The notes beneath the pieces are model-generated. The model saw only the letters and a list, made by a program, of their open reading frames with translations. It was not told the DNA's origin and did no database searches. A DNA stretch of 64,000 nt from an uncultured bacterium (GTDB lineage: Bacteria > Chloroflexota > UBA5177 > JANWHV01): the NCBI GenBank assembly GCA_963729625.1, contig CAVSOU010000008.1:352001-416000 (forward strand). Direction: 5' to 3'. This document shows positions 1 through 9,447 of the stretch, in pieces (the first letter of the stretch is position 1; each line of letters begins with the position of its first letter). The position numbers and the translations under genes are program-made.

Positions 1-2147
1 GATCCACCACGGCGGATGGCGGTCCGAAGTTGCTCCACGATCTCGGCGAGAGCGGCAGGATCCTCGATCGCCAGGCTCAGGAAGCGCCTGCCGCTGCCTT
101 CCACATTGTCGGAGGTGTCATGGGCGACAAATGCCGTGCAGTGCTCGGCCGATTCGAAGATAGCGAAGCGTTCACGGAGCAGCTCGTCGCCTTCCGCCAG
201 CGGCACGATGGCGATGCGGGCCTGTGGTGCAGGCACGTGGTCGAGCGCGCCAAATATGTAAAGCTGGCCCTTGTCTCCGGCCAGCTCGCGGTAGCGGGCT
301 TCTTCCTCTAGGTACTGCGATATCTCCTGCACGCCGATAAACAGCGAGAAGGTCCCACTCGCATCGCGGGCACGCTCCTCGACAGCTGCGACGCGATCGA
401 TCACGGCCGTGCGGCTGCGCACCTGAGCCCCATCGCTGTTCTCGATGAGCCGGCGGAAGCTCAGCTCGCGCAGGGTAACAACCCGGGCAAGCGGCTTCGG
501 GATAGTCGACGGTATCACCACACGCTGCAACAGCGTGGCGTCCGGAGCCGCTTGTACCGGCGCCCCCGCTGCCGGCTCCGCATCAGATACGGCGTCCTCG
601 GCGGCCGTCGTGCCCGCGGACTCGTCGGGCGCGGTCTCCGGCACGGCAGCGCGGCCAAGCTCGCCTGCTCGCACGCGCTCGGTGATCTCCTGCAAGTGCG
701 TGACCAGCCCCTCGGGATCGCGCAGAAGCGGCTGCACGGGGCTGCCCCCGCCTGAATTCACGTGCTCGAGATTGTCCAGGAGAGTCTGGAGAGCGTCTTC
801 GGCGTCGAGCACTCCGTCGAGCACGTCCTTTGGTACTTCACGCAACTCGCCGCGGAGCTGGAAGTCCTCGATCAGCTCGAAGAGGTCCTCTGCATGGTGC
901 GCGATCATCTGGATGTCGGCGGCCTCGGCGCCAATGAGGGCGGCGCCGCCCTTGAGGGTATGCAGCTTGCGGCGAGCCACCAGCAGCGAGGCTTCGTCGG
1001 TCGGATCGGTGCTCAAGATCCCGAGCGAATGATGGAGGTCGGGCATCAAGCGCTTCGCCTCGTCCAGGAAGGTCGGCAGCAGCGAATGTCCGGTCGCGGC
1101 AATCGGCGCCTGCCGCTGCGCCTTCGGCGCGGCGGCCCATGCGCTGGGCAGGGGAATCTTGGCGGCGAGCGACTCCTCATCGATCACCACACCGGCCTGA
1201 GCCGCGGCCTTCCGCTGCATCGCCCCCAGCCGCTTGAGCAGGGCCACCTCGTTGTCAAGCGGGCGGCGAATCTCAAGCCGCCGCACTATGGCGGTAGCGA
1301 CCTCATTCAGCAGGCTGAACGCGCCGGCAGGCAGCCCCGGAGCAGGCTGCGAGGGATCGTAGTCGTCGCCGAGCAGGTAGTCGATAATATCCTCTGCGGC
1401 TTCCGAGAGCACGGCGAGCCCCTCGAGCTCCTCGGCAACCTCTGGCGGCGCGGAGACTTCCGTCATGCGGGCATCGCCCTTGATTGTATGGAATCCACGG
1501 CGGACCGTCAGCATGCAATCCATCGACTGCTGGTTACCCCAGAAGTTCTGCAGGGCAACTGGCAGCTCCTTGCTGGCACGAGTCTTGGCATCGCGACGGA
1601 AGAGCGTCTCGAGATCTTCCTCTTCCTCAGGCTGCGCGGCCTGGCCCGCTATGCCCACGGCGACCGGCGCCTCATCGTCGAAGCCAACGCTCGTAAGTGT
1701 GCCGACGAGTCCGAACGCTTTAGCTTCCTCCAGCGTCATGCCGAGCGCGGCGGCGATGGCTGCCGCGTCGTCTTCGCGCGGCTTTATGCCCAGGTATTCA
1801 TCCTCGATGTCGCCCACGTCGCTCGCGCTCGGCTCGCCCTCGGAAGCGGCTGCGAGCAGGGCAATACCCCGGCGCTGCAGATCGAGCACCTTGCCGCGGA
1901 GCGTCGCGTGCTCGTGCCATACGCACATGTCGCCCAGGACTCGGCACAATTGCTCGCCCTGGCGTTGATCGCGGTCCCAATACAGCTCCATGCAGTCGCG
2001 CAGGGCAGCCTCCAGCCGGGCGGCGGCTTTGGCGCGGGGAGTAGCAATATCAGCGCCCTCGTCATCCTCGAAGCTGCCTGGGATGGACGGCGGGGCGGCC
2101 AGCGCCGCGGCAAATGCTTCTTGCAGAACGTCCACAGCACCACTCAT
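1..2147 (-). CDS. CheA/ChpA-like chemosensory protein, N-terminal part (two Hpt domains plus DICT-like sensory domain); runs off the window edge
   Basis: Not in the ORF track (no stop in window). Manual translation from ATG 2147, which overlaps the upstream stop, gives Hpt motifs RRGFHTIKGDARM and RKLHTLKGGAALIG, then SLFIGVQEISQYLEEEARYRELA..LYIFG..VPLAEGDELLRERFAIF. The kinase domain is not visible. Confidence 0.8.
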   Translation of the reverse strand, partial: MSGAVDVLQEAFAAALAAPPSIPGSFEDDEGADIATPRAKAAARLEAALRDCMELYWDRDQRQGEQLCRVLGDMCVWHEHATLRGKVLDLQRRGIALLAAASEGEPSASDVGDIEDEYLGIKPREDDAAAIAAALGMTLEEAKAFGLVGTLTSVGFDDEAPVAVGIAGQAAQPEEEEDLETLFRRDAKTRASKELPVALQNFWGNQQSMDCMLTVRRGFHTIKGDARMTEVSAPPEVAEELEGLAVLSEAAEDIIDYLLGDDYDPSQPAPGLPAGAFSLLNEVATAIVRRLEIRRPLDNEVALLKRLGAMQRKAAAQAGVVIDEESLAAKIPLPSAWAAAPKAQRQAPIAATGHSLLPTFLDEAKRLMPDLHHSLGILSTDPTDEASLLVARRKLHTLKGGAALIGAEAADIQMIAHHAEDLFELIEDFQLRGELREVPKDVLDGVLDAEDALQTLLDNLEHVNSGGGSPVQPLLRDPEGLVTHLQEITERVRAGELGRAAVPETAPDESAGTTAAEDAVSDAEPAAGAPVQAAPDATLLQRVVIPSTIPKPLARVVTLRELSFRRLIENSDGAQVRSRTAVIDRVAAVEERARDASGTFSLFIGVQEISQYLEEEARYRELAGDKGQLYIFGALDHVPAPQARIAIVPLAEGDELLRERFAIFESAEHCTAFVAHDTSDNVEGSGRRFLSLAIEDPAALAEIVEQLRTAIRRGG

Positions 2148-2833
2148 GCTGCCGTCCCCCGACTGTAGCTGGCCAGAGTCACGCGAAGTGACTCGGCATA
2201 GCCGTTCTGCGACTGCTGGAAGATACGCAGATCGGCCGTAGCATTCCGCAAGCGGTCGGCCAGCAATCGAAGCTGGTTGGCCATGACGCAGAAAAGCTCT
2301 ACAGGTGCGGAAGCGTCCGCGCTACCTGCTCGGCAGGCAGCGATCTCGATGTTGTTGCCCATCAGCGCCAGGCGGAGACTCAAGGCCGCCAGGGTCTCGC
2401 GAATACCCTCATACTCGCGCTCCAGCGCCTCGCAGTACATGTCGATCCGCTCGCGCAGCCGGACAGAGCCTGGCCGCTCATCTTCAAGGTCGACGACGTC
2501 GAAAATGCGCGTGAGCGGCCGCAGGGCTTGGCTGTCGCGAAGCAGACGCTGCTGTAAGTCAAATACCGTGCGGTTGAGCACGGAGCTTGCTTCGTCGAGC
2601 TGATGGTCGAGCGCTTGCAGCTCGGGGCTGCGAATGTCGGAGCGGATGACGTGGCCACTAAAGTTAAACGTCAGCGACGACAACTCACGTGTCACCCGCT
2701 GAACAGCGCCGATCAGTTGGTCAGCATTGTCCTGGCTGGCCTCGAGCATGCGCTCAAGCAGGTGGTTGACCACCGGATCGGAGGTGTTCGGATCACGTTC
2801 TCCGATCTGCGCGAGCGGCTCCGTGGCGTTCAT
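2144..2833 (-). CDS. Soluble degenerate MCP-signalling-like protein
   Basis: LALMGNNIEIAACRAG..FCVMANQLRLLA resembles the MCP tip LLALNAAIEAARAG..FAVVADEVRKLA; translationally coupled on both sides. Confidence 0.6.
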   Translation of the reverse strand: MNATEPLAQIGERDPNTSDPVVNHLLERMLEASQDNADQLIGAVQRVTRELSSLTFNFSGHVIRSDIRSPELQALDHQLDEASSVLNRTVFDLQQRLLRDSQALRPLTRIFDVVDLEDERPGSVRLRERIDMYCEALEREYEGIRETLAALSLRLALMGNNIEIAACRAGSADASAPVELFCVMANQLRLLADRLRNATADLRIFQQSQNGYAESLRVTLASYSRGTAA

Positions 2834-3984
2834 GCCGCGCTTTCCGTGGACATAGCAGGCTTGCTGTCGCTTTCCGGGCCCACCTTGAGATCGGCAACCG
2901 ACTCACGCAGACCGGCTACGACGAGGCGCATGTTTGCAATCTCGTCGCCGGAGGTGATCAACAGCTCGGTGAACTGTTCGAATACCTGGGCGATCTCGCC
3001 AATAGAGCGAGCTGCCTGCTGCGCGGAATATGCCTGCCCGCCGGCCGCCTCCGCCACATCGTCGATGAATTGAACCAGCGACGTGTTGGTCTGGGTGATC
3101 TGGTCGAAGGTCGTGCGCACGGTGCGCACTTCTTCGACACCATGCCGCACTTGCTCGGAAATACGCTCGATACGCCGGTTTACTTCATCGATGGAGGTAA
3201 CTACACTGCGCACCGCGCCTTCCGCGTCGGCAAGCGTGTCCTGCGCTTGGCGGGCGAGACGACCGATGTTCGTAGCAAACGCGGAGCCGGATTCCGTGCC
3301 CAGGTGGCGCGCTTCGAGGGTGGCATTCGCGGCCTGCATGTCGAGGTTTTCCGCGTTGCTCTTGACCGAAGCCACAAGGGCGGTCAGGCGGATAGAGTCC
3401 TCCTGCAGGCGCTTGAACTCCCGCGTTGTGCCGATAGCCGCTTCCTTGATGGCGTCTACTGCTTCGGCGATGCGGCCTACGGATTCCTGTCCCGAGTTCA
3501 CCGCGAGGCGGGAGTTAGCGGCAAGAGTGGTCGCTGTCTCCGTGGCGGACTGCACGTCCACGGCCGAGGCCGCCACCACGTCGACGCTTGCCGCCACTTG
3601 AGCTACCGACTCAGCCTGGCTCGTTGCCACATCCACGATGCGCCGCACGCCTTCGTCTACACGGGCCGCACCTTCCTGAACCGCCTGGGAAGCGTGGATG
3701 ATGCCGCCGACGATTTGGCCGTAGTCGTTGATCAGGCCGTTGAGCGAGAGGGAGAGGAGGCCGACTTCAGATTCGCTGTCGGGCACCTGCACGGTGAGAT
3801 CACCCTCTCGGGCGTTCGCCAGCGCTTGCGACACGGCGACGATGTCTTCGGCCAGTGCTTCGGCCTTTTCGCGTATCTGCGCTTCACTTCGCGCGATGCT
3901 CTCTTCGATTCTCTTGTTGGCGCGCATCCAGATAGCCAACGTGAGAATCACTATGAGAACGATAACGAATATGGTTGTTAACAT
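2830..3984 (-). CDS. Methyl-accepting chemotaxis-like protein (single TM, HAMP, divergent signalling domain)
   Basis: N-terminal hydrophobic helix; HAMP-like GDLTVQVPDSESEVGLLSLSLN; heptad coiled coil with QAESV/QAYSA-type segments; RBS GGAGG. Confidence 0.8.
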   Translation of the reverse strand: MLTTIFVIVLIVILTLAIWMRANKRIEESIARSEAQIREKAEALAEDIVAVSQALANAREGDLTVQVPDSESEVGLLSLSLNGLINDYGQIVGGIIHASQAVQEGAARVDEGVRRIVDVATSQAESVAQVAASVDVVAASAVDVQSATETATTLAANSRLAVNSGQESVGRIAEAVDAIKEAAIGTTREFKRLQEDSIRLTALVASVKSNAENLDMQAANATLEARHLGTESGSAFATNIGRLARQAQDTLADAEGAVRSVVTSIDEVNRRIERISEQVRHGVEEVRTVRTTFDQITQTNTSLVQFIDDVAEAAGGQAYSAQQAARSIGEIAQVFEQFTELLITSGDEIANMRLVVAGLRESVADLKVGPESDSKPAMSTESAA

Positions 3985-4342
3985 CGTCCCTCCAATCGTA
4001 GTATCTGGGTGCGCCGCACGGGCGCGTGCTTCCCCTCGACTCTTCTAACTCCTTGATCGTCGGTGCATTCCCGTGCCTGCGTATGTCTCGCGTGGCCTTT
4101 CAATTGAGCGTCATAGGCTCGAGCGGAAGAGAGACCTTGGGATTCTGGACAACTCAGCGCGAGCACACCAGCAAGTGTCACACCAGGGACGACAGGAGAA
4201 AAAACGCGCATGCGCCCGCGTACCACAGTATAGTTCGCCACCTCTCGCCAGAACATAGCCTAATGGTACCACCACACTATTGTTTCATCAGCGCAAACAG
4301 CGCCAAAAAATGTGCAATATGCGCAAAAATGACTGGTTAGTT

Positions 4343-4909
4343 CTATGCATCAGCCTCGCGTCGGCCGTGCGCCGGCTCATTCCAGGGCCGCTCGGCTCCC
4401 ATATCCCTGAGTACCGCGTTGCACACTTCTTCCATATCGAGCTTGGCCGCTTCTCCATGCGGCGTCTCTACGATGGACGTGACGAATGCGCCAAGCGGGT
4501 GGTTGGTGCTCGGAGTGGTTTGGGCGGCCTGAAGCAGCTCGTAGCCGTAGTCAACCGCGAATGCGAGGCGGTACTCGCCGATCTCCGGTGGTATGGCCTC
4601 GCCAATAACCACCACGCGGCGGCTTTCGGCGATGCTCAGCCCAATGGGACCGCTGCGCAGGCCGAGAAGGCGGGGAAGGTCGATCAGCAGCTCACCGCGC
4701 TGGGCCACATTGATAAGTCCCAGCACGTAGGTGGGCACCAGGCCCTTTGGCAGGGGAGTGATCGTGGGAACGCCACTGATGTATGGGAGCAAGACTGTCC
4801 GGTCATTGTCCGGCACTGCGAAAAGGCTACCGCCCAGTGACACCAGATAGCACCACTCGGAGTCCGCTATTTCCGTTTCCTCATGGCTTACCGGTTTTTC
4901 AGCGATCAT
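4343..4909 (-). CDS. CheW-like adaptor
   Basis: ITPLP..VPTYVLGLINV.RGELLIDLPRLLG and LAFAVD pattern; upstream of the MCP genes; start choice uncertain. Confidence 0.8.
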   Translation of the reverse strand: MIAEKPVSHEETEIADSEWCYLVSLGGSLFAVPDNDRTVLLPYISGVPTITPLPKGLVPTYVLGLINVAQRGELLIDLPRLLGLRSGPIGLSIAESRRVVVIGEAIPPEIGEYRLAFAVDYGYELLQAAQTTPSTNHPLGAFVTSIVETPHGEAAKLDMEEVCNAVLRDMGAERPWNEPAHGRREADA

Positions 4910-5349
4910 GCTTGCTCTCCTGTTTGATTCGCGTTTGCCACTGGAATGGTGGTGCCACAACCCCTAGCCACGAATTCAGCTGCTGCTGGATCCTGCCACG
5001 ATCAATGCAAATCTCGGTGTCCGGATTGTATCCGCCCGATCGGAACCGGCCCGCCCTCCGCGAGCATAGCCGCATGCTTGTTGCACGCGCTATCCAGCCC
5101 CGGCCAGGCGCCCAGGATGGGTCTCATTCTAGCCCCATAGAGCCGTGTGCTATACGGCCCGATAGTACCAGGGCGCTCCGGCTTCCCGCGCGACATGCGG
5201 CGCAATCGATGCGGGAAGGGTTCCACATAGCCATATTATCTACTACCTCGCCTGCGAACGCGATCGACAAGTGTGGACACGACCCTTGAGTTCCGCTCTA
5301 CATATGCTTATCGGCAGGGACACCTGACAGCAATAGGGCAGAATTGCCC

Positions 5350-7017
5350 CTAGCCCGGCAATCCGAGCAGTTCGCGGAAGGACTGCACCAGGCCTTGCCA
5401 GCCGATCCTCCGCCCCTGCAGCCAGTCGCGCAGTCCGCAGCACTCGCACACCGGTCTGAGTCGCTCCGGGCTTTGCTTATAGTCGTGCACTTCGAATTCG
5501 TGGCCGCACCAAGCGCACTTGCAGAGGCGCCGCCGGCTCCAATCCTTGGCGCTACAGCGATAGCATTGTTGCGGCACACTGTCACCCACTGCTTTGCTTG
5601 TCAACCAGCGATGCCCGCAGCGCCGGCAATAGCAGGTGCGCCCGGCGCCGACCTTGACATCCCAGATGACGATCTGATGGTTGGTCAGCAGTTCCTGTCT
5701 GAGCGTCAGGTCGAGGTGAACCGACTCGGTAGCAGGCACCACTTGTTGCGCGTCGGTTCCCAGGTCGCGAAGCCGCTTGAGCCGCGTGCCGAGCTGGGAG
5801 ATAGTCACGAGTGGCGTCACCACCGGTAGGCGACGGAGTAGCTGCTGCGCCTCGGCGGTGGTCTGGCCGGTAAGCGGCGCCAGCTCGTTCGCCAGGGTGG
5901 CCAGGTCGGCCCCGCGTCGAACGCGCGTGATCACGATCACCAGTGTTCCAGGCATGAGCATGGTCGTTGCAGCCGATTGCTTCGTGCCGTTCATCTGCGT
6001 AGCCGTAGTCTGTGCCGGATCGGCCGCGGCAGTGTTCCTGGGCGAGCTGCCTGCCGCCGGCCGCGGCCGGACGGGCCGTGGCTTTCCCTGGAGCGCCGCC
6101 TCGAACTCGGGCACATCGGCAAAGCGCTTGGTACGATCGGGATCCAATCCCCTGACAATGATCTGCTCCAGCTCGGGCGAGACTGCCGGATTGAGGCTTC
6201 GCGCGGACGGGAACTGGAATGGAGGCTGCCGTGAGGGATCGCGCAGCGTCAGCAGGTGGTGCATCGTAGCCGCCAGCGAATAGATGTCGGATCGAGCGTC
6301 GGTCTGCCCGGTGTAGTGCTCCGGCGACGCGTAGCCGCTCGTGCCCAGTGCAGTCGTGTCGGTGGTCTGGCTGTGCTTGAAAAAGCGCGCGATGCCGAAG
6401 TCGATCAGCCGCATACGGCCGCCGGGCTCCACGAGTATATTGCCGGGCTTGAGATCGCGGAAGATAATCGGAGGCTGCTGATCGTGCAGGTAACGCAGAA
6501 CCGCGCACAGCGCCAGAGCCCAGGTGCGGACCTGCGCCTCCGAATAGGGCTCGGAGCGCGCCGCCACTGCTTTCTCCAGGTTCTCTCCCGCGATGTACTC
6601 CATGACAAGGTAGTGGCGGCTGTTGGCGCTGAAGCGATCGAACACCGCGGGAATAGCCGGGTGGCGGAGGCCCGCCAGCAGATCCGCCTCGCGCAAAAAG
6701 TCGCGCTCGGCCTCGGCGCGTTCCTCGGGTGTGGCGAAGGTATCGACCATCTCTTTCACGGCGACCACGCGGTTGGAGAAGTGGGTGTCGAAGGCCCGAT
6801 AGACCGTGCTCATGCCGCCGCGGCCAAGCACGTGGTCCACTGCGTACCGCTCGCCGAGGACGAGGCCGCCGCTGGTCACCGGCGCGCCCGGCACAACCTT
6901 ACTCGGCGGTCGCACCGGCGCCGCAGGCACGGGCCCGCCCAGACGTGCACCGCAGACCAGGCAATAACGATGATTACCCGATACAGTGGCTCCACAGTGG
7001 CCACAGGTGCTCTGCAT
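5350..7017 (-). CDS. Hanks-type Ser/Thr protein kinase with N-terminal zinc ribbon and C-terminal Cys-rich domain
   Basis: LGRGGMSTVY, VAVKE, IFRDLKPGN, DFG, GTSGYASPE; CxxC pairs at both termini. Confidence 0.95.
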   Translation of the reverse strand: MQSTCGHCGATVSGNHRYCLVCGARLGGPVPAAPVRPPSKVVPGAPVTSGGLVLGERYAVDHVLGRGGMSTVYRAFDTHFSNRVVAVKEMVDTFATPEERAEAERDFLREADLLAGLRHPAIPAVFDRFSANSRHYLVMEYIAGENLEKAVAARSEPYSEAQVRTWALALCAVLRYLHDQQPPIIFRDLKPGNILVEPGGRMRLIDFGIARFFKHSQTTDTTALGTSGYASPEHYTGQTDARSDIYSLAATMHHLLTLRDPSRQPPFQFPSARSLNPAVSPELEQIIVRGLDPDRTKRFADVPEFEAALQGKPRPVRPRPAAGSSPRNTAAADPAQTTATQMNGTKQSAATTMLMPGTLVIVITRVRRGADLATLANELAPLTGQTTAEAQQLLRRLPVVTPLVTISQLGTRLKRLRDLGTDAQQVVPATESVHLDLTLRQELLTNHQIVIWDVKVGAGRTCYCRRCGHRWLTSKAVGDSVPQQCYRCSAKDWSRRRLCKCAWCGHEFEVHDYKQSPERLRPVCECCGLRDWLQGRRIGWQGLVQSFRELLGLPG

Positions 7018-7436
7018 GGTTTCGTCGTGCCTCGATCAGCAGATGATGCTCCGCCGGGTCAGCCCGGCGGCTTCTGGACTCGATTCTCAGCATACAGCGT
7101 AAGGTAGGACCGGTGCGCCGAAAACGACGAGCGGCGGCGAAGCGCAGATCGAGCCCAGAGGCAAGGGTTCGTCTCGATCGCGACCGCCGGCGCGATCGAG
7201 CCTGGAGCTATCGAGGCTACGTGTTCGCCCCGCGGACCGCGGCGAGTACCTGGCGTCACATACGTGTCGGCCCTTCCAGGCCGCATCGTCAGGGCGAGGC
7301 GCTGGCCGGTTCTGTTCTCTGCTCACCAGCCCCGGAGCCAGCATGCCCGCTTTGTGCTTTCCTGGCTCACCTGTTGAGAATCAGGCAGAAAGCGGCACCG
7401 TGTGTCTGTGCGCGAAGCTTCACCCGCTCGCGACCG

Positions 7437-7751
7437 TCATGGGCTGGCAAGAGGCAAGCGCCGGCTATGGCGAATGTGAAGCACATACACTGAATCGCCG
7501 TCGATAGTGAACAGAATCCGATACACATGAGGCTTGCGCCCATACAGCAACTGCCGCACCTCGAAAGGAAACCGCGCATTCTCGGGGGCTAGGGGGCAGC
7601 GTTCAGGCAGCTCGGCGAGGGTGTCAATCGCCTTCTCCAAGGCCAAGAACCATCGGAGGCCGGTTTCGCCTGCACCTTGAGCTAACAGCCATTCCAGTAT
7701 TGCGCCCGCGTCGCGCTCGGCTTCGGCCGAAGTCTCAACCCGAAAGGGCAT
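7437..7751 (-). CDS. RelE/ParE family toxin
   Basis: MPFRVETSAEAERD..LAELPERCPLAPE..YRILFTIDGDSVYVLHIRH. Confidence 0.88.
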   Translation of the reverse strand: MPFRVETSAEAERDAGAILEWLLAQGAGETGLRWFLALEKAIDTLAELPERCPLAPENARFPFEVRQLLYGRKPHVYRILFTIDGDSVYVLHIRHSRRLPLASP

Positions 7752-7980
7752 GCTTCTGTCGAAGCTCGGCAAGAAACTCGGCAGCGGGCCTGGTGCGTCC
7801 GGCTTTGACATCCGCATAGCCGCTGCGGATACCTTGCAGCGCCTCTTCGAAATCCTGCCGCTCCCATTCCAGGTAAGTGGCCAGCGCTTCATCAAGGGCG
7901 GAAGCAGGGTCTTGTCCGCGCCGCTGGGCGTATTCCTCCAATTGTGCCAGGCGTTCCGGTGTGAGGGGGATCGCATTCAT
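7735..7980 (-). CDS. RHH/CopG-like antitoxin
   Basis: Small protein overlapping the toxin start; IRSGYADVKAGRTRPA C-terminus typical of ParD-like antitoxins. Confidence 0.8.
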   Translation of the reverse strand: MNAIPLTPERLAQLEEYAQRRGQDPASALDEALATYLEWERQDFEEALQGIRSGYADVKAGRTRPAAEFLAELRQKHALSG

Positions 7981-8388
7981 AGCTGGCGCCTCGCCTTTCC
8001 TACCTCTTATCGTATTGGGGTGAGGCCGCAAGGTCAAAGACTATGTGCGCACTGGTGGCTGGGCAGCTTGGCAGCCCGCGACGCCAGCGGTACCTGCAGC
8101 CTCGCCTGGTCCGCCTGCCACAGGGCATTTTCCCGCTGCCGCCGGGCGAGGGCGGCCGGGCGCCGGGCGTGCAGCAGCAGTCGATGGTCCTGCGCCGTCA
8201 CATACACGGCAATACGCCGGGTCATGGTAATCCCCGCATCCCGGTGGTAAAGTACTCGCAGTATCGGCTGAGAAGCCGGCTCCATGGTTCATGCTGTGTG
8301 AGCTGATCCACGATTTCCACCTCGCAGCACATTCCGCGGAGTTTGTTCTTGAGACTGTCTGAACACCGTGGGAAGGGATGCCGCAGGC

Positions 8389-8670
8389 ATGGATGTCTTT
8401 GGACTACGCGAGACGGTCGTCAGTCAGTACGCGGATTACATTCGCAGCTTCCTGCGCATCAAAGATCCCGGCATCGATGCCTATGTGACGGAAAACCTGG
8501 ATAGAGGCCGGTACTGGCCGGACCCGCTCGTCCAGCTGAACCCGAGCTTCGAGCCCGGCGACACTGTCGATGACTTGGTCGCACGCGGCGTGCTCGCGGA
8601 GGGCTGTCGCAGGATCTTCCGGCGCAACAAGGATGCCAACGGCTTGGGCGACACGCTACGGCTGCATCGG
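8389..8670 (+). pseudogene. N-terminal fragment of an RM-associated DEAD/DEAH helicase
   Basis: MDVFGLRETVVSQYADYIRSF..WPDPLVQLNPSFEPG; breaks at LRLHR, just before the Q-motif. Confidence 0.75.
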
Positions 8671-8711
8671 CTCAGGCAGCCTAATTCCCGTGCTTTCTTG
8701 TGACTACGTGC

Positions 8712-9101
8712 TTAGTCTATACCGCCTGGGACATGCAGCCCTTGGCCCGCGACCTGGATTATGAGGGACCGCCTTTCGACTGGGACGAGAGGCGCCGCGG
8801 GCTCCTGCGGTCAGAGCTCGACGCATACTACGCCCGACTCTATGGCCTGACGCGGAAGCAGCTGCGGTATGTTCTGGACCCGCACGACCTGACGGATCGC
8901 GAACTGGCCGACATCTTGGACCCTTGGGAGGACGACCCCGAAGCCCCGCGCACCAAAGGCTTCCCTGGCGAGACGTTCAGGGTGCTCAAGCAACGCGAGC
9001 TACGTGAGCAACGCGAATACCGAACGAAGCGGTTGGTTCTGGAGGCGTGGGATCGGCTGGCTGCGCTCTCTATGTCTCGTGCATGGGGCCTTTGTACCTA
9101 G
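8712..9101 (+). pseudogene. C-terminal fragment of an Eco57I-like type IIG restriction-modification enzyme
   Basis: LVYTAWDMQPLARDL..PPFDWDERRR.LLRSELDAYYARLYGL..ETFRVLK..EYRTKRLVLEAWD. Confidence 0.8.
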
Positions 9102-9240
9102 AAGCCTGCCGGCCGCGTTCTACTGCTCCCTGCGCAGCCCGGCACACGTAGAGGACACGCTGCTACTCGCGATCAACGCCCACCATGATGCCGACACCGT
9201 GGCCTCGATGGCCAGTACGTTGGCCGGCGCGCTCGGGCCG
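9081..9240 (+). pseudogene. ADP-ribosylglycohydrolase C-terminal fragment
   Basis: SLPAAFYCSLR..AINAHHDADTVASMASTLAGALG matches the DxDT motif region. Confidence 0.6.
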
Positions 9241-9447
9241 ATCATGTCGCAGAAGGATGATTCTACGTCGAGTGTTCTGCGACAAGCGGCTTCGGTAGGG
9301 CCTGAGATCGCTGAGGAAGCCTCTGTCACATAGCTCTGTAGGCCCGGTATTTCACCGGTCGTGCTCATAATCATGGCACAGTCTGTTATTCTCATTTCTA
9401 GACTTTGCCCAAGTACAATGAAGGAACCGGCGCAAGGACTGCAAGTT

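Noticed and set aside
762-2168. 468-aa plus-strand ORF and similar long antisense ORFs (3070-3981, 19119-20450, 32779-33822, 42306-43679, 62360-63898)
   Set aside because: Shadow frames of well-supported opposite-strand genes in GC-rich DNA
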